From Tubulanus polymorphus (Eukaryota; Animalia; Nemertea), in NCBI RefSeq assembly GCF_964204645.1, contig NC_134028.1, positions 12,819,263 through 12,883,262 of the forward strand: DNA of 64,000 bases, read 5' to 3'. The notes below the pieces were generated by a model, which worked only from the letters and a program-made list of their open reading frames with translations, had not been told where the DNA came from and did not search any database. Of the stretch, positions 51,201 to 63,189 are shown piece by piece. The position numbers were made by a program, and so were the translations under genes. Every line of letters begins with the position of its first letter. Positions within the stretch are counted from its first letter, which is position 1.

Positions 51201-54200
51201 AAACGAGAAAATAACAGAATTATGACTGTTAAACTGTAGATGTTGAGATTCTATCACGAAGCTGCGGCAAGCAAGTATACGTGTTGCATAGGTTCTCATG
51301 TGATGGTTTAGACTTCTCCGATAAAATCATCTAAAAGAGCTACGAAACCAATTCAAAATATAGTTTTGATCATCTCAACAAAATAAAGCACTTGGAACCT
51401 TCTAGAATTTGGAGTTTGCAAGAGTAGGGGATCTCTGTTTAAATGTAGTTCTTGGATGAATACAAAAGTCACCCAATTTCAATGCATTTTGCCTTTGAGG
51501 TAGGTGACCCAACGCTAGCACCACTAACGGCGGTGGCTAACATTAAAATCATCTGAATAGAAGTATTACGTGAGGAATAGGACATCGACACATGACAGCT
51601 GCGAAGCTGGAACAGGTTGATGGAAAACCCTTAGTGTCTACGATCCATGAAAAGGCAACGGTCTTGAAGAACTCCTTTGCCCCGGTCTTTAGTGTGGAAA
51701 ATGTAATAGATATGCCAATACTTGATAGAGACCCAATCACCAATGTGACAGATAAACATACAGACACATTCGATTGATTAAAAACAGTTTATGATAATGC
51801 ACGACTGGCTGTTTGGTGAATAGAACGTTGTGACGATATCTACCATGTCAAGAATTACCCGCTTACAATGAAAATCCTCGCTGTAAGAAAATTCATATCT
51901 AATATGACCGTACGACCAACACTATTGAAAACTATAAATAAAATGTCCATAAGCCTATACAAATCAAACAGAAACCTGTTAGAAAAAAGGAATATAGAAA
52001 TGCGAGCAGAGCCAAGTTTCGATCACACGAACTACTGCATATCAGACCAGCACGTTACCCGCTGTGCTATTGGGTGTATTCACTCAGCCACTCGTAAAGT
52101 TATTATGTGATAGGACACAACGTAGCTTAGATATTAGAATCATGCCTACATACATTCTTGTTCGCTCTTCTGACATGGTAAAATTCTTTTACGCAAGATT
52201 CAATCATAGTAAATTACGATACGCGAATTCGAAACGGTCGGATGCTAAGTTATATTTCTGTCAGAATTGAAAATTACGTTTATAACCTGTCAGTAGTCAA
52301 ATCAAAGTGGAGTTATATTTTATGAAAAAATTTGTCTGGAAAGTGGAAAAGAAATAATCAGTAGATTTACAAGAGGGTTTCCCTTCATGTACATTCCCTG
52401 CAAAACATCATACCCAGTAACCTTAGCTTGCTGGAATAACCACCCATCTTGTCAACTTGGCCTACTACCACCTGCCGGTGGCCCTACCGGAAATACGCTC
52501 ATATAATTCTTGGCGGGGTGGCATTGTTTATGTCATCGAGCTGGTTTCCCGTTTCTTTGCATCGGGTTGTTCCCTCAGGTCGGCCCCATTTGCGTTTTCA
52601 ATCGGCAAAATTGATTAATTATTTTAGGCACCCTATTTGGAATCATTTCTCTGTTTTGAGTTGTTGCATTTTTTAGGGAATGTCCAGTTCACCTCTAGCC
52701 CCCAAAGGGCAGAAAAGGTGTTTCGAACAAGGGCTGTGGCCCGCGCACACAGTCCTGCATCAAGATGAACGGTCTCGTCCAGCCGCTTCACGGTCAAAAG
52801 CGACCGGTAACCAACGGGAGGGTTCAAGTAACCCGCCCCATCCCTTCAGCAGGGTGGGGGCCGGTGTGGCTTCATCCAGCCCTGCCCATGCACCTGGTCA
52901 GACCTAATGCCTAGAGAACTGTCTAGGATGGCGGCAGCGGTGCCCATGTGCCTCTGCGGGCATGGTCCAAGAACTGTATCTCAGACAGCCCATCCAAGGT
53001 TGATGGTGCCTCGTTACCACATCGCGGTGACGGGATCCATGTTCACCAGATCCACGGTGACGGGATCCATGGTGATGGGATCCACGGTCACGGGATCCAC
53101 GTTTAGGCAGTACCGGTCATGGGACTACCAGTCTCGGTCGCATAACGCAAGAGTTCTAGCCTGAGGAAGAGGCATTCCACTTGAGGGAGTTCAAGCAGTA
53201 GCCGGTCGATGAAAGCCCATAAGGCACGGTCTAAGAACCGTAAGCTCCACAAACGCTCTCAATGTTGTTCCGAGCCCTGAACTGACCCGAGGTCTCCTAG
53301 GCTGGTGAGAGATTACAGGCGTTACTTTCATTGCGGAACCACTCCCCTTCCACAGGGTCACAATGACCCCAGTGCAGAGGAGTTTAAATCTTTTATGGTG
53401 GATGCCCTGTCGATAGATTGGGGGGGGGGGGGGGGCCTGCAAGCTTATGCGTTTCCATCCTCTCCTCTGCTGAAGCAGGTATTTTTCAAGATCGAGGACA
53501 AAGAGTCATGCGACATTCTCCTGATAGCTTCTTGCTGGCCAGCTCAGTCATGGTTCGTGAGGCAGTTACATCTCCTCTGCGACCATCCCAGGGATGATAA
53601 TTTTCCGACCTTAGTCGGATTTCCGACCTTTTTGATTCATTTTGATCATCCCGGTGATCAATGCAGAACCACATTTAGAATTTTTGTTTTTCTTGGGTAT
53701 GCGATGTTGGCTAGTTGTTCAGGTAGGACAGAGGGAGCTCCCCCGTAATTCCTTTAACCCTTAGAGGGTCTCAGCATAGAGACCCTCTAAGGGTTAAAGG
53801 AAGAAGTTGAGCATAGTTCTCCTTTGCCACTAAGCCTTGCCCTTGCCAAAGCAAAACATATAGGCTACCAGTACTGTATTTTAGGTAGACTAAAAAAGTC
53901 TTAACTTGACAAAGTTTTAGCAAACACAATAGCAACTGCCAGTCTAAATCTTACTGAAGATGTAAGCTCGCCTGCTTACTAAAAGCAATCCTATCGTGAA
54001 ATAATTGAAAACCATGTCAGTCGATTAACTTTATTTCGTCAGTAACTGGCACTGGTCTCAGATGTGCATAAACTTGGTCACTCATGGTTTTGGTTGTTTA
54101 TATGACATTCCAGGGTGGTATTAAAATAAAAATTAATTTGTTGAGACAAAAATTCCCATGCTCAATTTTTCGAAGGTTTCATTCTCGTTAAAAAGTCAGC

Positions 54201-55945
54201 TATCACTGACCAAAATTAAGTCCTTTTTGATATATTTTTTCTTTTTTAATTTTCAATGAAATGATTTTTTGCGTACTTTTTTTTTAGTAGCCTATACATA
54301 CAAATTTTTTTCTTCACACCAGTTTAGCGAGTCATTGGACCATTGGTCCTTTATGAGGATTAGTTCTGTGTTGCCTGTCATAAGTGCTACACGAGACGGA
54401 AGATTCGTGATTTGTATACTGATGATATCTAATTATTGTAGAACGAACAGAGAAAGTAAATATGGGATTTATAAAACATGTTGTGAGTGAACCAATCGAA
54501 GGCCATGAGGAGTACCACATCATGGTAAGCAATTCTTTTACACTGTGTTGCAAATCTTGACAGGGTATGTAAACTGCAATGTGCGAGGACCTAAGTTCCA
54601 GTTCCAGAACTTTTATGTACATGTATGTTATCAATATGATCAGAGGCATTTATGCCTTTGTTATGGTTTGTTGATTCAATGATTTTTTGCCTACTTGGCT
54701 GGTGTCACATTCATTTTTTGTCCATCATCCATGTGGTTGTTCATTCATTCCTCTTACCGTATGTGGAATCCAGTTATTTTTGGAAGTTTGAAGGTACTTC
54801 TACTACTGGATTCCTTGGTAGTCAGTTTGTACGTGTATCTACCCTGTAAATTTACAGCCCACAATGTAATATGTTAATGTACTATAATGTCTTACTGGAT
54901 TTTGTGGTAGAATTACGAATGTTTCACATCATCTCTTATACTGGGGCAGTCTGTTACATGGTAGGCCTACTGATATGCTGAAGAGAGTGTGACTGGAAAT
55001 TTTTGGAAATCGTAATGGTGGTCAGGAAGATGATTTACAAAACTTCTCAGAACTTCTTAGAGTTGGATTTGCTAAAAAAAAATATAGCAAGGACGATTAC
55101 ATTATGATATATTGATATTATATTAGTATGTACACTTGTGGATTTAGGAACTTTTATCCCGTAGTCAATTCTCCCGAAAAACCAATGACTTGTCATCTAA
55201 AGGTTTAACTTGTGTTTCTAAAGTTCATTATGCAAGCTGTGATATTTTATGCATCATCTTTCCAATAATTTGATACACTGCTCAATGGTACTCATTGTTT
55301 AGATTTTATATAGTGACATTTCATTGGATGCCAGCAAAAGTTAAAAGGTCACTGCTCATTTATTAGTAAAGGCTTTGGGTTTCCCTGATTCAAGAATGTT
55401 GACAACATATGTCAATTAGTGGCTTTTAACTCAATGACTACGTTAAGCCGCTGTCAGCGGCTCGCTGGTATTTACCGTTGCATACGCAAAGCCGCTGAGA
55501 GCGGCTTTCAAGACGTTACAAATGTAAACACTGCCTACGTTTGAACTACGCTTGATTTTAACCAATCAGAATGCAAGGAAACAATATTATCATAAATTAT
55601 GTGAGGGAATTCCATGGGATCCCATATGCAACGCGTCATAGACACTATTGATCATGGGAATTACCAGAGGGGAATCCTTTGTTAACCAAAAATGGCGGAA
55701 ATTCCGTATGCTGCGCGCGATTTTAGATTTGGGTATTCCGGAGTGAATGAGTTAATGCACAAACTTATATGTACTCTTTTTCTTTTTAGGGCCTACAACT
55801 AGGAACAACTTATATGTACTCTTTTTCTTTTTAGGGCCTACAACTAGGAACAACTGAACAATCTAGATACTGGGTGTATTGGATACCAGCTCAATATGTA
55901 GACTCTATCAAAGATGCTATTTTAGGAAAGTGGCCTTCGTTCTAG
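21209..55945 (+). CDS. UBFD1: Ubiquitin domain-containing protein UBFD1 (host gene; 5' exon(s) not located)
   Basis: Phase-consistent GT-AG exons 21209-21448, 25431-25466, 45409-45581, 46972-47146, 54442-54524, 55835-55945. They give ELVNFKIVF..FPLDE..SLTPAMQKVMFRGLAKDECTLREL..GAKLMVVGSTLNDVL..PLSGMINKSGGKVRLTFK..LWIGTKERTEK..SEPIEGHEEYHIMGLQLGTTEQSRYWVYWIPAQYVDSIKDAILGKWPSF*. Confidence 0.95.
21670..22550 (+). repeat. Diverged tandem duplication inside a HINE-like repeat
   Basis: aaaatcttggttat..gccaggtgtgcgtcaagt..gatactcaaggcgt..agcgatccattttagagcctggtta occurs from ~21690 and again from ~22240. Confidence 0.75.
22959..23521. mobile_element. MITE with ~40-bp imperfect TIR
   Basis: aagccatcccaaattaattgtgtgtttaccgtacaccgac vs gtcggtcgggttaaggcaaacagaccattattttgagatggcct. 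A related repeat copy at ~54010-54300 lacks the insert. Confidence 0.6.
24693..24808. repeat. Short foldback MITE
   Basis: atgctttcatatcgcggaatcagggatttgcaaaattt / aaattttgcaaatccctgattctgtgatatgaaagcat. Confidence 0.7.
26935..27770 (+). repeat. Copy of the dominant HINE-like family (other pieces at ~3370-4190, 17900-18075, 20790-20835, 23680-25200, 40790-41176, 56205-56420)
   Basis: 5' tttagcccactt..agtgggctattgc and GTCC repeats; family 3' end aagtgggc..ggtgtccctggacccctagtt; internal tandem units containing CACCAGGGGGCG. Confidence 0.7.
29193..29636. mobile_element. MITE, CAGTGTTGCCA family
   Basis: TIR CAGTGTTGCCACTT / AAGTGGCAACTCTG; perfect 6-bp TSD ACACTA. Confidence 0.85.
29661..35943 (+). 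CDS. Transposon accessory gene: SAM domain + HECT-like E3 ligase domain (4 exons)
   Basis: Exons 29661-29726, 33822-33933, 34084-34580, 34663-35943 splice in frame. MFDEILEELGMGSLIPIFRENK|IELNDIPLLTDADFSRLGVTAVGDRLRL is SAM-like; EAGEGVGV..FW..FLRFCT..PTGRTCAKILELPDSY is HECT-like with its Cys retained. Confidence 0.8.
29905..30100. repeat. Two adjacent short MITEs (CAGTTCCACAG TIR)
   Basis: cagttccacagtt..aactgtggaactg followed by ccagttccacag..ctgtgaaactgg. Confidence 0.6.
30281..33551 (+). mobile_element. BEL/Pao LTR retrotransposon, internally deleted (no RT/RNase H)
   Basis: 212-bp LTRs at 30281-30492 and 33340-33551 (TG..CA, 4 differences); 5-bp TSD GTATT; PBS TGGTCCCTCGAG (tRNA-Tyr-like); PPT GGCGGGAGAAA. 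Gag (DUF1759-like, zinc knuckles), protease LFDDGAQRTF, integrase GVDYLGP..SDNA..GGFYERL. Confidence 0.95.
36798..37215. mobile_element. Non-autonomous IS3EU-like MITE
   Basis: Long TIRs starting TACGGAAGCGATAA..GTCGCGTTCCAACTCG and ending CGAGTTGGAACGCGAC..TTATCGCTTCCGTT. Confidence 0.7.
37302..39435 (-). pseudogene. IS3EU-type DDE transposase, multi-exon, probably internally deleted
   Basis: Spliced pieces: GFTNKEIC..SERTLKRRLQGMGL; KGPNYLIHVDGHDKLKPYGFAIHAAIDG; YSRRILWLKVGNTNNDP; GVPMCIRIDAGTEN..GRSTHNQ; RIERWW; EWNTHTIR..GKPDLLY. The segment expected between VAAVL and YRKY appears to be missing. Confidence 0.82.
48450..51780 (+). mobile_element. Degenerate CR1-clade LINE (ORF1 + APE endonuclease; RT absent)
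   Basis: ORF1 NLIIHNLPES..KLYITRDLT..GEKNLRI; APE motifs PDIIGLCE, LYRSP, VGDFN, QHVQEPTR, SDH; EKATVLKNSFAPVFS. Many stops. Confidence 0.85.
52380..53588 (+). mobile_element. DIRS-like retrotransposon remnant
   Basis: VDALSIDW..AYAFPSSPLLKQV..ILLIASCWPAQSWF matches the DIRS methyltransferase-like region; preceded by GC-rich gag-like repeats. Confidence 0.6.
53749..53802. repeat. Perfect 24-bp inverted repeat (mini piggyBac-like, TTAA-CCCTT..AAGGG-TTAA)
   Basis: TTCCTTTAACCCTTAGAGGGTCTC-AGCATA-GAGACCCTCTAAGGGTTAAAGGAA. Confidence 0.8.
55430..55751. mobile_element. TTAA-flanked (piggyBac-like) MITE
   Basis: TTAA|CTCAATGACTACG ... CGGAGTGAATGAG|TTAA. Confidence 0.55.
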
Positions 55946-56673
55946 ATTAAATGTGAACTTGATTGTGTTCATTGAGTTGTTCATGTATGGATGGTGCAAA
56001 TAAAATCGTTTTGGCTGCTCGGAATAATTCTTTATAGAAAGAAAAATGCTGTAGATGCAGGCTCGTAGGTGGCCATTAGCTCTATTAAAAGTATAGGCAT
56101 CTTATGAGAAATTAATTGCAACTTAAGTGATCAGTTATAGTTATTGTTATTGATATCACATTAACTAATAGTATTCCTTCACTCATTTTATTAAACTTGG
56201 GACTTTAGTCTCAGTGGGCTATTGCATTCACTTTTCGTCATTCATCTGTCCATAGACAGGATCCAGTTATTTGGATAGCACTTGAATTTTTGTCTTGATA
56301 TTTGAGTTATACATGTATCAACTCTAGACACACCTGTAGCCTAATACTGGCCCATTCAGATTCAAGATTGCTGACTGGTGGCCATTATATTCACCAAAGT
56401 CAGCACTTTTTACTCATTTTTTCAAGGGAAACTCTTAAGAGGCTTAGTCCAAAATGGCCCGTTGCAATGGCGTGTTATCTATATGGATGTGGCGCTTTAT
56501 CGTGAATGCGACTGCAGGCCTGTTCTAAAAACTGAATCTTTGCTTGGAACAATGTCTGAGCTCACCCCCTTTCCATCCTTGATAGAATACTTTCACTGGA
56601 AGTGCTGGTATGCCAAATTCGCAACCTCAGTATTGTTTGTGTGAACACTGAAATCACAGTCACTGACCAATAC

Positions 56674-56805
56674 TAATACAATACAATACAATACAATACA
56701 ATACATTGTATACGATACACCGATACCGATACCGATACCGATACCGATACCGATACCGATACCGATACCGATACCGATACCGATACCGATACGATACGAT
56801 ACAAT
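56674..56805. repeat. Compound microsatellite (AATAC)n-(GATACC)n
   Basis: Directly visible tandem units. Confidence 0.95.
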
Positions 56806-57049
56806 AGAACTTAATCGAACTCTATCAGGGATGAAAATCTTCCGCGGATTTCCACGGTTGGAGGTCCATTTTTATCATTCTTGAGATCGATGTAGATCCG
56901 TTGAGAAAATGATAGGGGTTTAGGGTCTTGGGGAAAAGTTGATGTTAGATAGTAGCGTTCTTAAAGAACAGACCGTAAAAGCGTCTCATGAATCCGGTGC
57001 TGCGAACTCAAATCTATTTTTACAACATCATTGCGAAACACCGCTATTG

Positions 57050-59650
57050 TCTGGAACCACTGTGCAGATCAATGATTAGGACGGCTTGAGATAGGAGGAA
57101 CATGAGGTTGAACTGCAACATTGTCAGGAGCAGAAATATGATGTGGTTCAGCAATGTGTGGCTCAGTAATGACATCATCATCAGGCTCATACCCGGAAGG
57201 ATCTTTACGAGTACTAACAGGACGGAAATGGCTAACATTCCTCGCCTTGATTTCATTGCCACGCTGAGCAACAACCATAGAACCCTTTTTATCAATTACA
57301 TTAAAAGGATCCTTCTGGAAACTCTGGAACCTTGGAGTACACTTTCCAAGATTAACCACATCTTTCATTAACACTTTATCACCTATATCTATAGGACTTT
57401 TCCTAATGTTCCTTCTATCTTCAGCGTACATTTTCATTTTGTCTTTAGAAACTTCATCTTTTTTAACAAACATAACTAGAAGTAGGGTCAACATAAGACA
57501 ATTCAGGAAGCTTGACCTTCAAAGCTTGTCCATTTAAAATTGTGCCAGGAGGAATACCGGTTGATGAGTGAGGGGTAGCCCGGTAATTTCGTAAAAATGT
57601 AAACAATTCCTGTTTCCAGGGTTTTCCCTCAGCTGTTGCAGCTTTACAGACTTTACCAATAGTCTTCATAAAACGTTCTGCCATGCCATTGGCCTCTGGG
57701 TGATATGGCGTAATACGTTGGTGTTTAAAAGCAAGATGATTTGCAAACTGCTTAAAATCATGACTCTGAAAAGGAGTACCATTATCAGTTTTAAGTTTGA
57801 CCGGTGTTCCTCGTGATGCAAATACTTTATCTAAGACTGGCATAACCGTAGAAGCTGACAGAGATCTTATAATGAAATGGTATCTGCCTATGACGCTGAG
57901 CCACAGGGGGTACAGATTTATCGATGTGAAGGTGTACTTTGAAGTCCTTCAACTTACCAATACCCGTAAATACACCAGGGTATTTCTGCATATCCTCAGA
58001 AGACACTGAACTGCATGATTAGCTACCTTAAGAAACCCTAACTGACGACTGGCGTCTACACCTAACAAATTACCATATTTCCCTTTTGTGACGTAAAAAG
58101 TATCAATAATAGAAAATTCACCACATTTCACTCTAGAAACAAATTTGTACCACAGTGCTGATACTTGTGCCTCCATATGCATTCAGTTTATCTCTACATC
58201 CATCAAGCTTCATATCAAAATTGGATAAATAGTTTTGATGGATGAATATGTTTCTTCGTCGAGTATATTGCAGGTAGCACCACAGTCAGCAGTCATGAAA
58301 ATAGAACATTTGTCAAACTCAATCAGAAACTTGGGTGGTTTTTTCGTTACACTTCTACTATTAACATGATTTACAGCAAAAACATAGTCATCATCACTGG
58401 ACGCATTTTGTACCTCGTGTACTTGACGCTGTTTTTTCTGTTTACAAAATTTAGCAAAATGATTTTTGCTGTTACAATTATGACATATTTTCCCAAAAGC
58501 AGGACACTTTTTATATCCACCAAAATGTGGATAGGATTTACCAGTTAAAACACTTTTTAGTTTCAACTCTATTCCCATTTCTCGGGGGTTGTCTATGGCC
58601 CTGGCGTTGGCCAGCTGTTGACGATGACGGTGGTCTCCACTTAAGCTTATTTTGATGTGACACTTTGTTAACCTGCTGTCCTGGGACTAAGTCCTTTTCC
58701 ATCTCCGAGTTTTGTTCTTGCGCTAATTCGTTATTACGACCCATATCAAGAATGTTCTTGAGTATTAATCCGTCCGTTTTTAACCCATATTTTCGCAATT
58801 TGGAGTCACTAGTTGCTTGAATAATATGCGATCGCAACTCTCCTTCAACATCAGCGAATCCACAGCTTCCAGCGGCCTGACGTAACCTGGTGTGATAAGA
58901 ATCAATTTTTTCACCATCATTCTGCCTCAATCTGCGAAACACTGCACGTTCATATTCGATATTGACCTTAGGCTTAAAATAATTGGTCAAAGCGGTCTTT
59001 GCTTCGGCGTATGTTTCACCACGATCAGGAAGGTTTGTAAAAATATCAAAAGTTTTAGCCCCGACGGCGTAACAAAGCACGTTGACGATTGTCGACATCG
59101 ACGTTAACGGCAACTAAATAGTTCTCAAATCTACATAACCATTTATCCCATTTAGGTCCAAGGGCAGTTTCACTTTCACCTACCTCGGCATCAAAAGATG
59201 TCACCAAGTCAACACTCGGTACGGCCATGTTTCCAGTGTTGTTTACCTTAACGTATGAAATCACTAGGTAAAACCGGCGTATGTATTAATATATATACAG
59301 TTACTATACACTTGTATTTCATAGTACGATGCGCTCTATCTTCAACAGCATCGAGTGTCGCAGGCATTGCAACATACTGACGAGCCAACGTGGCAACACG
59401 TGTGTAACTCAATAAAATCGGATTTTACGTATTACGAGTAAATGAGACCGTCAAGACGAATCTCCCCGATCAGCAGCAATATATTCCCACACTGTTTACA
59501 AAGACACGGTCGCCAAATGTAATTTTCAAAAAAACCGACGACCGATTTAGCGAACAAACACAATGGAGTCCATTATTATAGCTCTACCTTTATTCTTCTA
59601 TAATAGGTGGCGACACGAGCCGATACAAGATATAAGTAGTGAATATTACA
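57050..59650 (-). mobile_element. Gypsy LTR retrotransposon, internally deleted (no RT), 3' LTR not seen
   Basis: Putative LTR 59518-59650 (TGTAAT..ATTACA); PBS TGGCGACCGTG at 59505-59515 (tRNA-Arg-like). Gag W.KW..RFENY, zinc knuckles CPAFGKICHNCNSKNHFAKFC, protease ADCGATCN, integrase TDNG..NGMAERFM..YRATPHSSTG. Confidence 0.85.
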
Positions 59651-59722
59651 ACGTGTTAAGAATTTCGTCCCAAGTAAGACAATTTAATCAGGGGTTGCAA
59701 TTGGCAACCAATTTTTTTTAAA

Positions 59723-60088
59723 TAGGGATGAAAATCTTCCGACCATAGACGGATTTCCGACCTTTTCTAACATTTTCTTTATTCCTGAGAACAGTGTAAA
59801 TCACCTCAATCGCTTTAATCACCTAAATCGCGGGCGTCACATCGGAGCGCTCGGTAGTTAGGAGTGCTCGTTAAGACGGTTTTCGGCAGTTGTTAGCACA
59901 ACTGTGAGTCGGAGAAACCAATATGGCGTCTCATTCAAAAAGCGGCTCTAATTCAGGCCCAAACTATTAACATTTTGACCAAAAGGAAGTACGTTTTTGG
60001 CTAAAAGTTACTGATTTTTGTTCCCCAACAAAATTCTTTTTTTGAAAATATTTTCCGACTTTTTCAATATGGGCCGTTTTCATCCCTG
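59723..60088. mobile_element. hAT-like MITE (YAGGGATGAAAA TIR); related 5' ends at ~42013, ~53589, ~56826
   Basis: TAGGGATGAAAA ... TTTTCATCCCTG. Confidence 0.65.
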
Positions 60089-61490
60089 AAATATGGTATA
60101 CTACTAGGGTATGGCTTTGGACAGAACCTTAAATTGGGTTGATGTGGTTCACACTATGGTCACCAGGGGGGCCGACATGATAAACGACATTAATCGTCTA
60201 GTGGCCGTAATTGTGGACTAATTTTCTCAAAACTTAATTACACGAGTAGGGCTTTACTTAAGGCAGAATTCTATTAAAGATTAAGTTGATGCGATTAGAA
60301 TTATGGCCAAAACAGCCTAGAGGCTACAACTGTTGATAAATTTTTTACACTTTCTACGCATGTCTAATACCATTCTTATTGAAATAATTGACAATGAAAC
60401 ATGTCCCTGGACCCCTAGTTTAATTTTAAAGGTATAAGGGTCTCATCAAGATTGACTCAATTTCACTAAAATGAACTACAGAGCGAGGTGACTATTTATT
60501 TGATTAGATTACTGGTTACACTTATCAAAACTCGTCTACTATGTCTACATTAACTTGTTGAGCCAACAATTTCGTCGTCGCTGGTTTGAAGCAAGTAGTG
60601 TCTTACTGGGTTGCAGAAGTACAGATCCTTCAAGGTCAAGGTCGGTTTTGGAGCTGGATTACTAGTCCATATCTTCTTTCAATCACTGTGTACACAAGAA
60701 AAATTCAGTTGTACACTGGTTTTATGCAGAATGACCCCTTCTTTTCAAGAAGGGATTTAAAACCCGGGTAATTGCGAAAAGCAGTGCATTTGTCCACTCG
60801 TTTTAGCGTAGTGTTGATGCATTTACCTGGGTAAGAGAAGCACATGTAGACGTGGCTTTAGATTTGCTGTCAAGTTTAGACATGATTATGTATTTACTAA
60901 TGGTTTAAAGGGCAAATGCTATCAAAATTGTACTTTGCGCGATTACTTAACCAGAAGACACTTAAGTATATACGTAACGGCCTGAGTAATGACTGATTGA
61001 AGAAAGTATCTCTAATAAGCCATAATTAGTTATTTGTATATCCAACACTTCGTGCCTATGGTTCACATACTACCTGTAGTGCGGTGTTGTCATATCACAG
61101 AATTTCAGAATTTTCCAAAAAGACGGAATTTCTTTATTTTTGCTGTAAATATTAACCAGGTTACCGCTGGGATACTCTGATTTGGACATTGCACTGGACG
61201 CATGTTTTCACTACCAGTACGCGGTATGTGATAATTTGGTACTATCGTCACTCAACGAATTTTTTATACTCCTCAACGGGATAAATGCAGAACCTAGGCA
61301 ATTCTATCAACGTTGACTGCTGAGCCCACACTGACTTGTGTATCAGGGTTGTACCCTAGTGTCAACAAATGGTGCACTATTAGGTCATTGGAGATCAAAT
61401 ATGGCTGCCAGTAGGGCAGCCATCTTGAATTACTTGTTTACTCGATGCAGCCTACAATTCTCAATGGATTTCCTCAAAACTGGCTTCTAT

Positions 61491-62857
61491 CATGAATCAT
61501 GAACAATTTATGCTCAATAGTTTTATCGGATACATTTTAAAAAGAGTAATATAAACTTACATTTACTAATTTTAAATGTACACAATTTTTAAAATTATCT
61601 AATTGTACAAGTAAATTATGTCATCTATAATTTGTAAGTCTTCTAGAATCAACATATAATCTTTATTCTTTTAATTTATCTTGCATTTATTTTACATATT
61701 TTTTTCTATTCGAAATCTATATCATGGTGCCCTTTTTCATTCTTACCTTAATAATGTGAATTAAAAATCGCCAGAACATAATTCTTGAATATCTTCACTA
61801 GATAATCTATGATATCGATCTGGTAGATACGCTCTGAATTTATATTTATTTCCCTTCAGCCCCTCGTATTCAAAATGGATTTTAAATTTATTACCATGTC
61901 TATTTGTAGTTGATTCAATGTTTGTAATTAAATATTTTTTATAAATTGTTAACTCAGCTTTTTGAATTTATAATCTACAGATTTTAAAGAAACTTTAATT
62001 CTATCTAGGAATGATTTATTGTTCTCACTGTGTACTTGTTTACTCTCCATTTAAATATATAATTTTTTATTAAAATTGCTTTCATTAATATTAATATAAT
62101 ATTCATAAATATGATATTCATATATATGGAATAACCTAGTAAGTGTAGTTAGGTCGTTTCAGGTCAGAGGTTGAAATAAGAGTGAATAAAGTGTGAATAA
62201 GAGTGAATAAAGAAAACAAATATAAAAAGTAATTTTACTTTCTAACTATAATATATATTCATAGTCGTGTGTATTCCTAGGTAATAATTATCAGAATAAA
62301 TTAATATAATTAGAATAGATTTAATTATTTAAATCTATTCTATTGTGTATTGAAATTAAATCAGTTGAAAGCGGAGCAATTGATTTAATTGATCTCATTT
62401 ATCATTCGAAAGGGAATATTAAAGAGACACGTATTTTGACCTATTTACAACTATTGTGACATGATACGTGTGTGTGTGCGTCTGTGCCCGCGTGTGCGTG
62501 TATCTAGGAGGGAATTGTGAGGAGAAAAGCCATTATCTAAATCGGGACTAATATCTGAGTGACGAGTAATTTGGGCAGACTCAGTAATAGGGAATATGGG
62601 GGTTCAGGCCAAAGGTCGAAGGGTCGAGCTCATAAGAAATGAAAAATAAATTCTCCCACGCTCGAATTTATTTTTTTTTACTCACTCACCCCTTTAACCT
62701 GAACCCCCATATTCCCTATTACTCCTAATAATTTCATATAAATGAATATTTTATAAATGAATAACTTCTAAAATCAATTTTAATAAAAAATTTGATATTA
62801 AAATGGAAGCAAATAAGAAGTACTACTGTCCAACATGTAAAAAAGAAATACATAAAT
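61491..62857. mobile_element. Second relic of the same Polinton-like family
   Basis: Minus 61686-61491 reads MQDKLKE*RLYVDSRRLTNYR*HNLLVQLDNFKNCVHLKLVNVSL (paralogue of ORF 587-1372). Also a degenerate ORF from 62050 (-), the hairpin module 62583-62723, and a zinc-finger ORF start MEANKKYYCPTCKK at 62803 (+). Confidence 0.8.
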
Positions 62858-63189
62858 GTGATACAACTGACACAGGCCTAACATTCACCAAGAATCTTAG
62901 TGTCTGATGTACCACATGATGTTGGTTACACTAGGATCGTTAGAGCGACGGAGATCACAGGTGGAGACAACCACTGCCAGTGCTGGGTGAAGCCTAACAC
63001 TGTTTGTCAACTGTCTGTGTATTTCGTAGTAGGCTATCGATAATCACCTGATACTTTTCTGTTGTTTCTTTTCTCTCTGAATGTAGTCGAACGTAATTCT
63101 AGTGGCCACCCGCGACTCAACGACCTTGATTAAAACTTGATCAATTCAAAATGTATTTTAAGATAAAATCCCACTATTTTACAGATTAA

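Noticed and set aside
62858-63183. Possible solo LTR (TGT..ACA)
   Set aside because: No matching TSD, PBS or second copy in the window.
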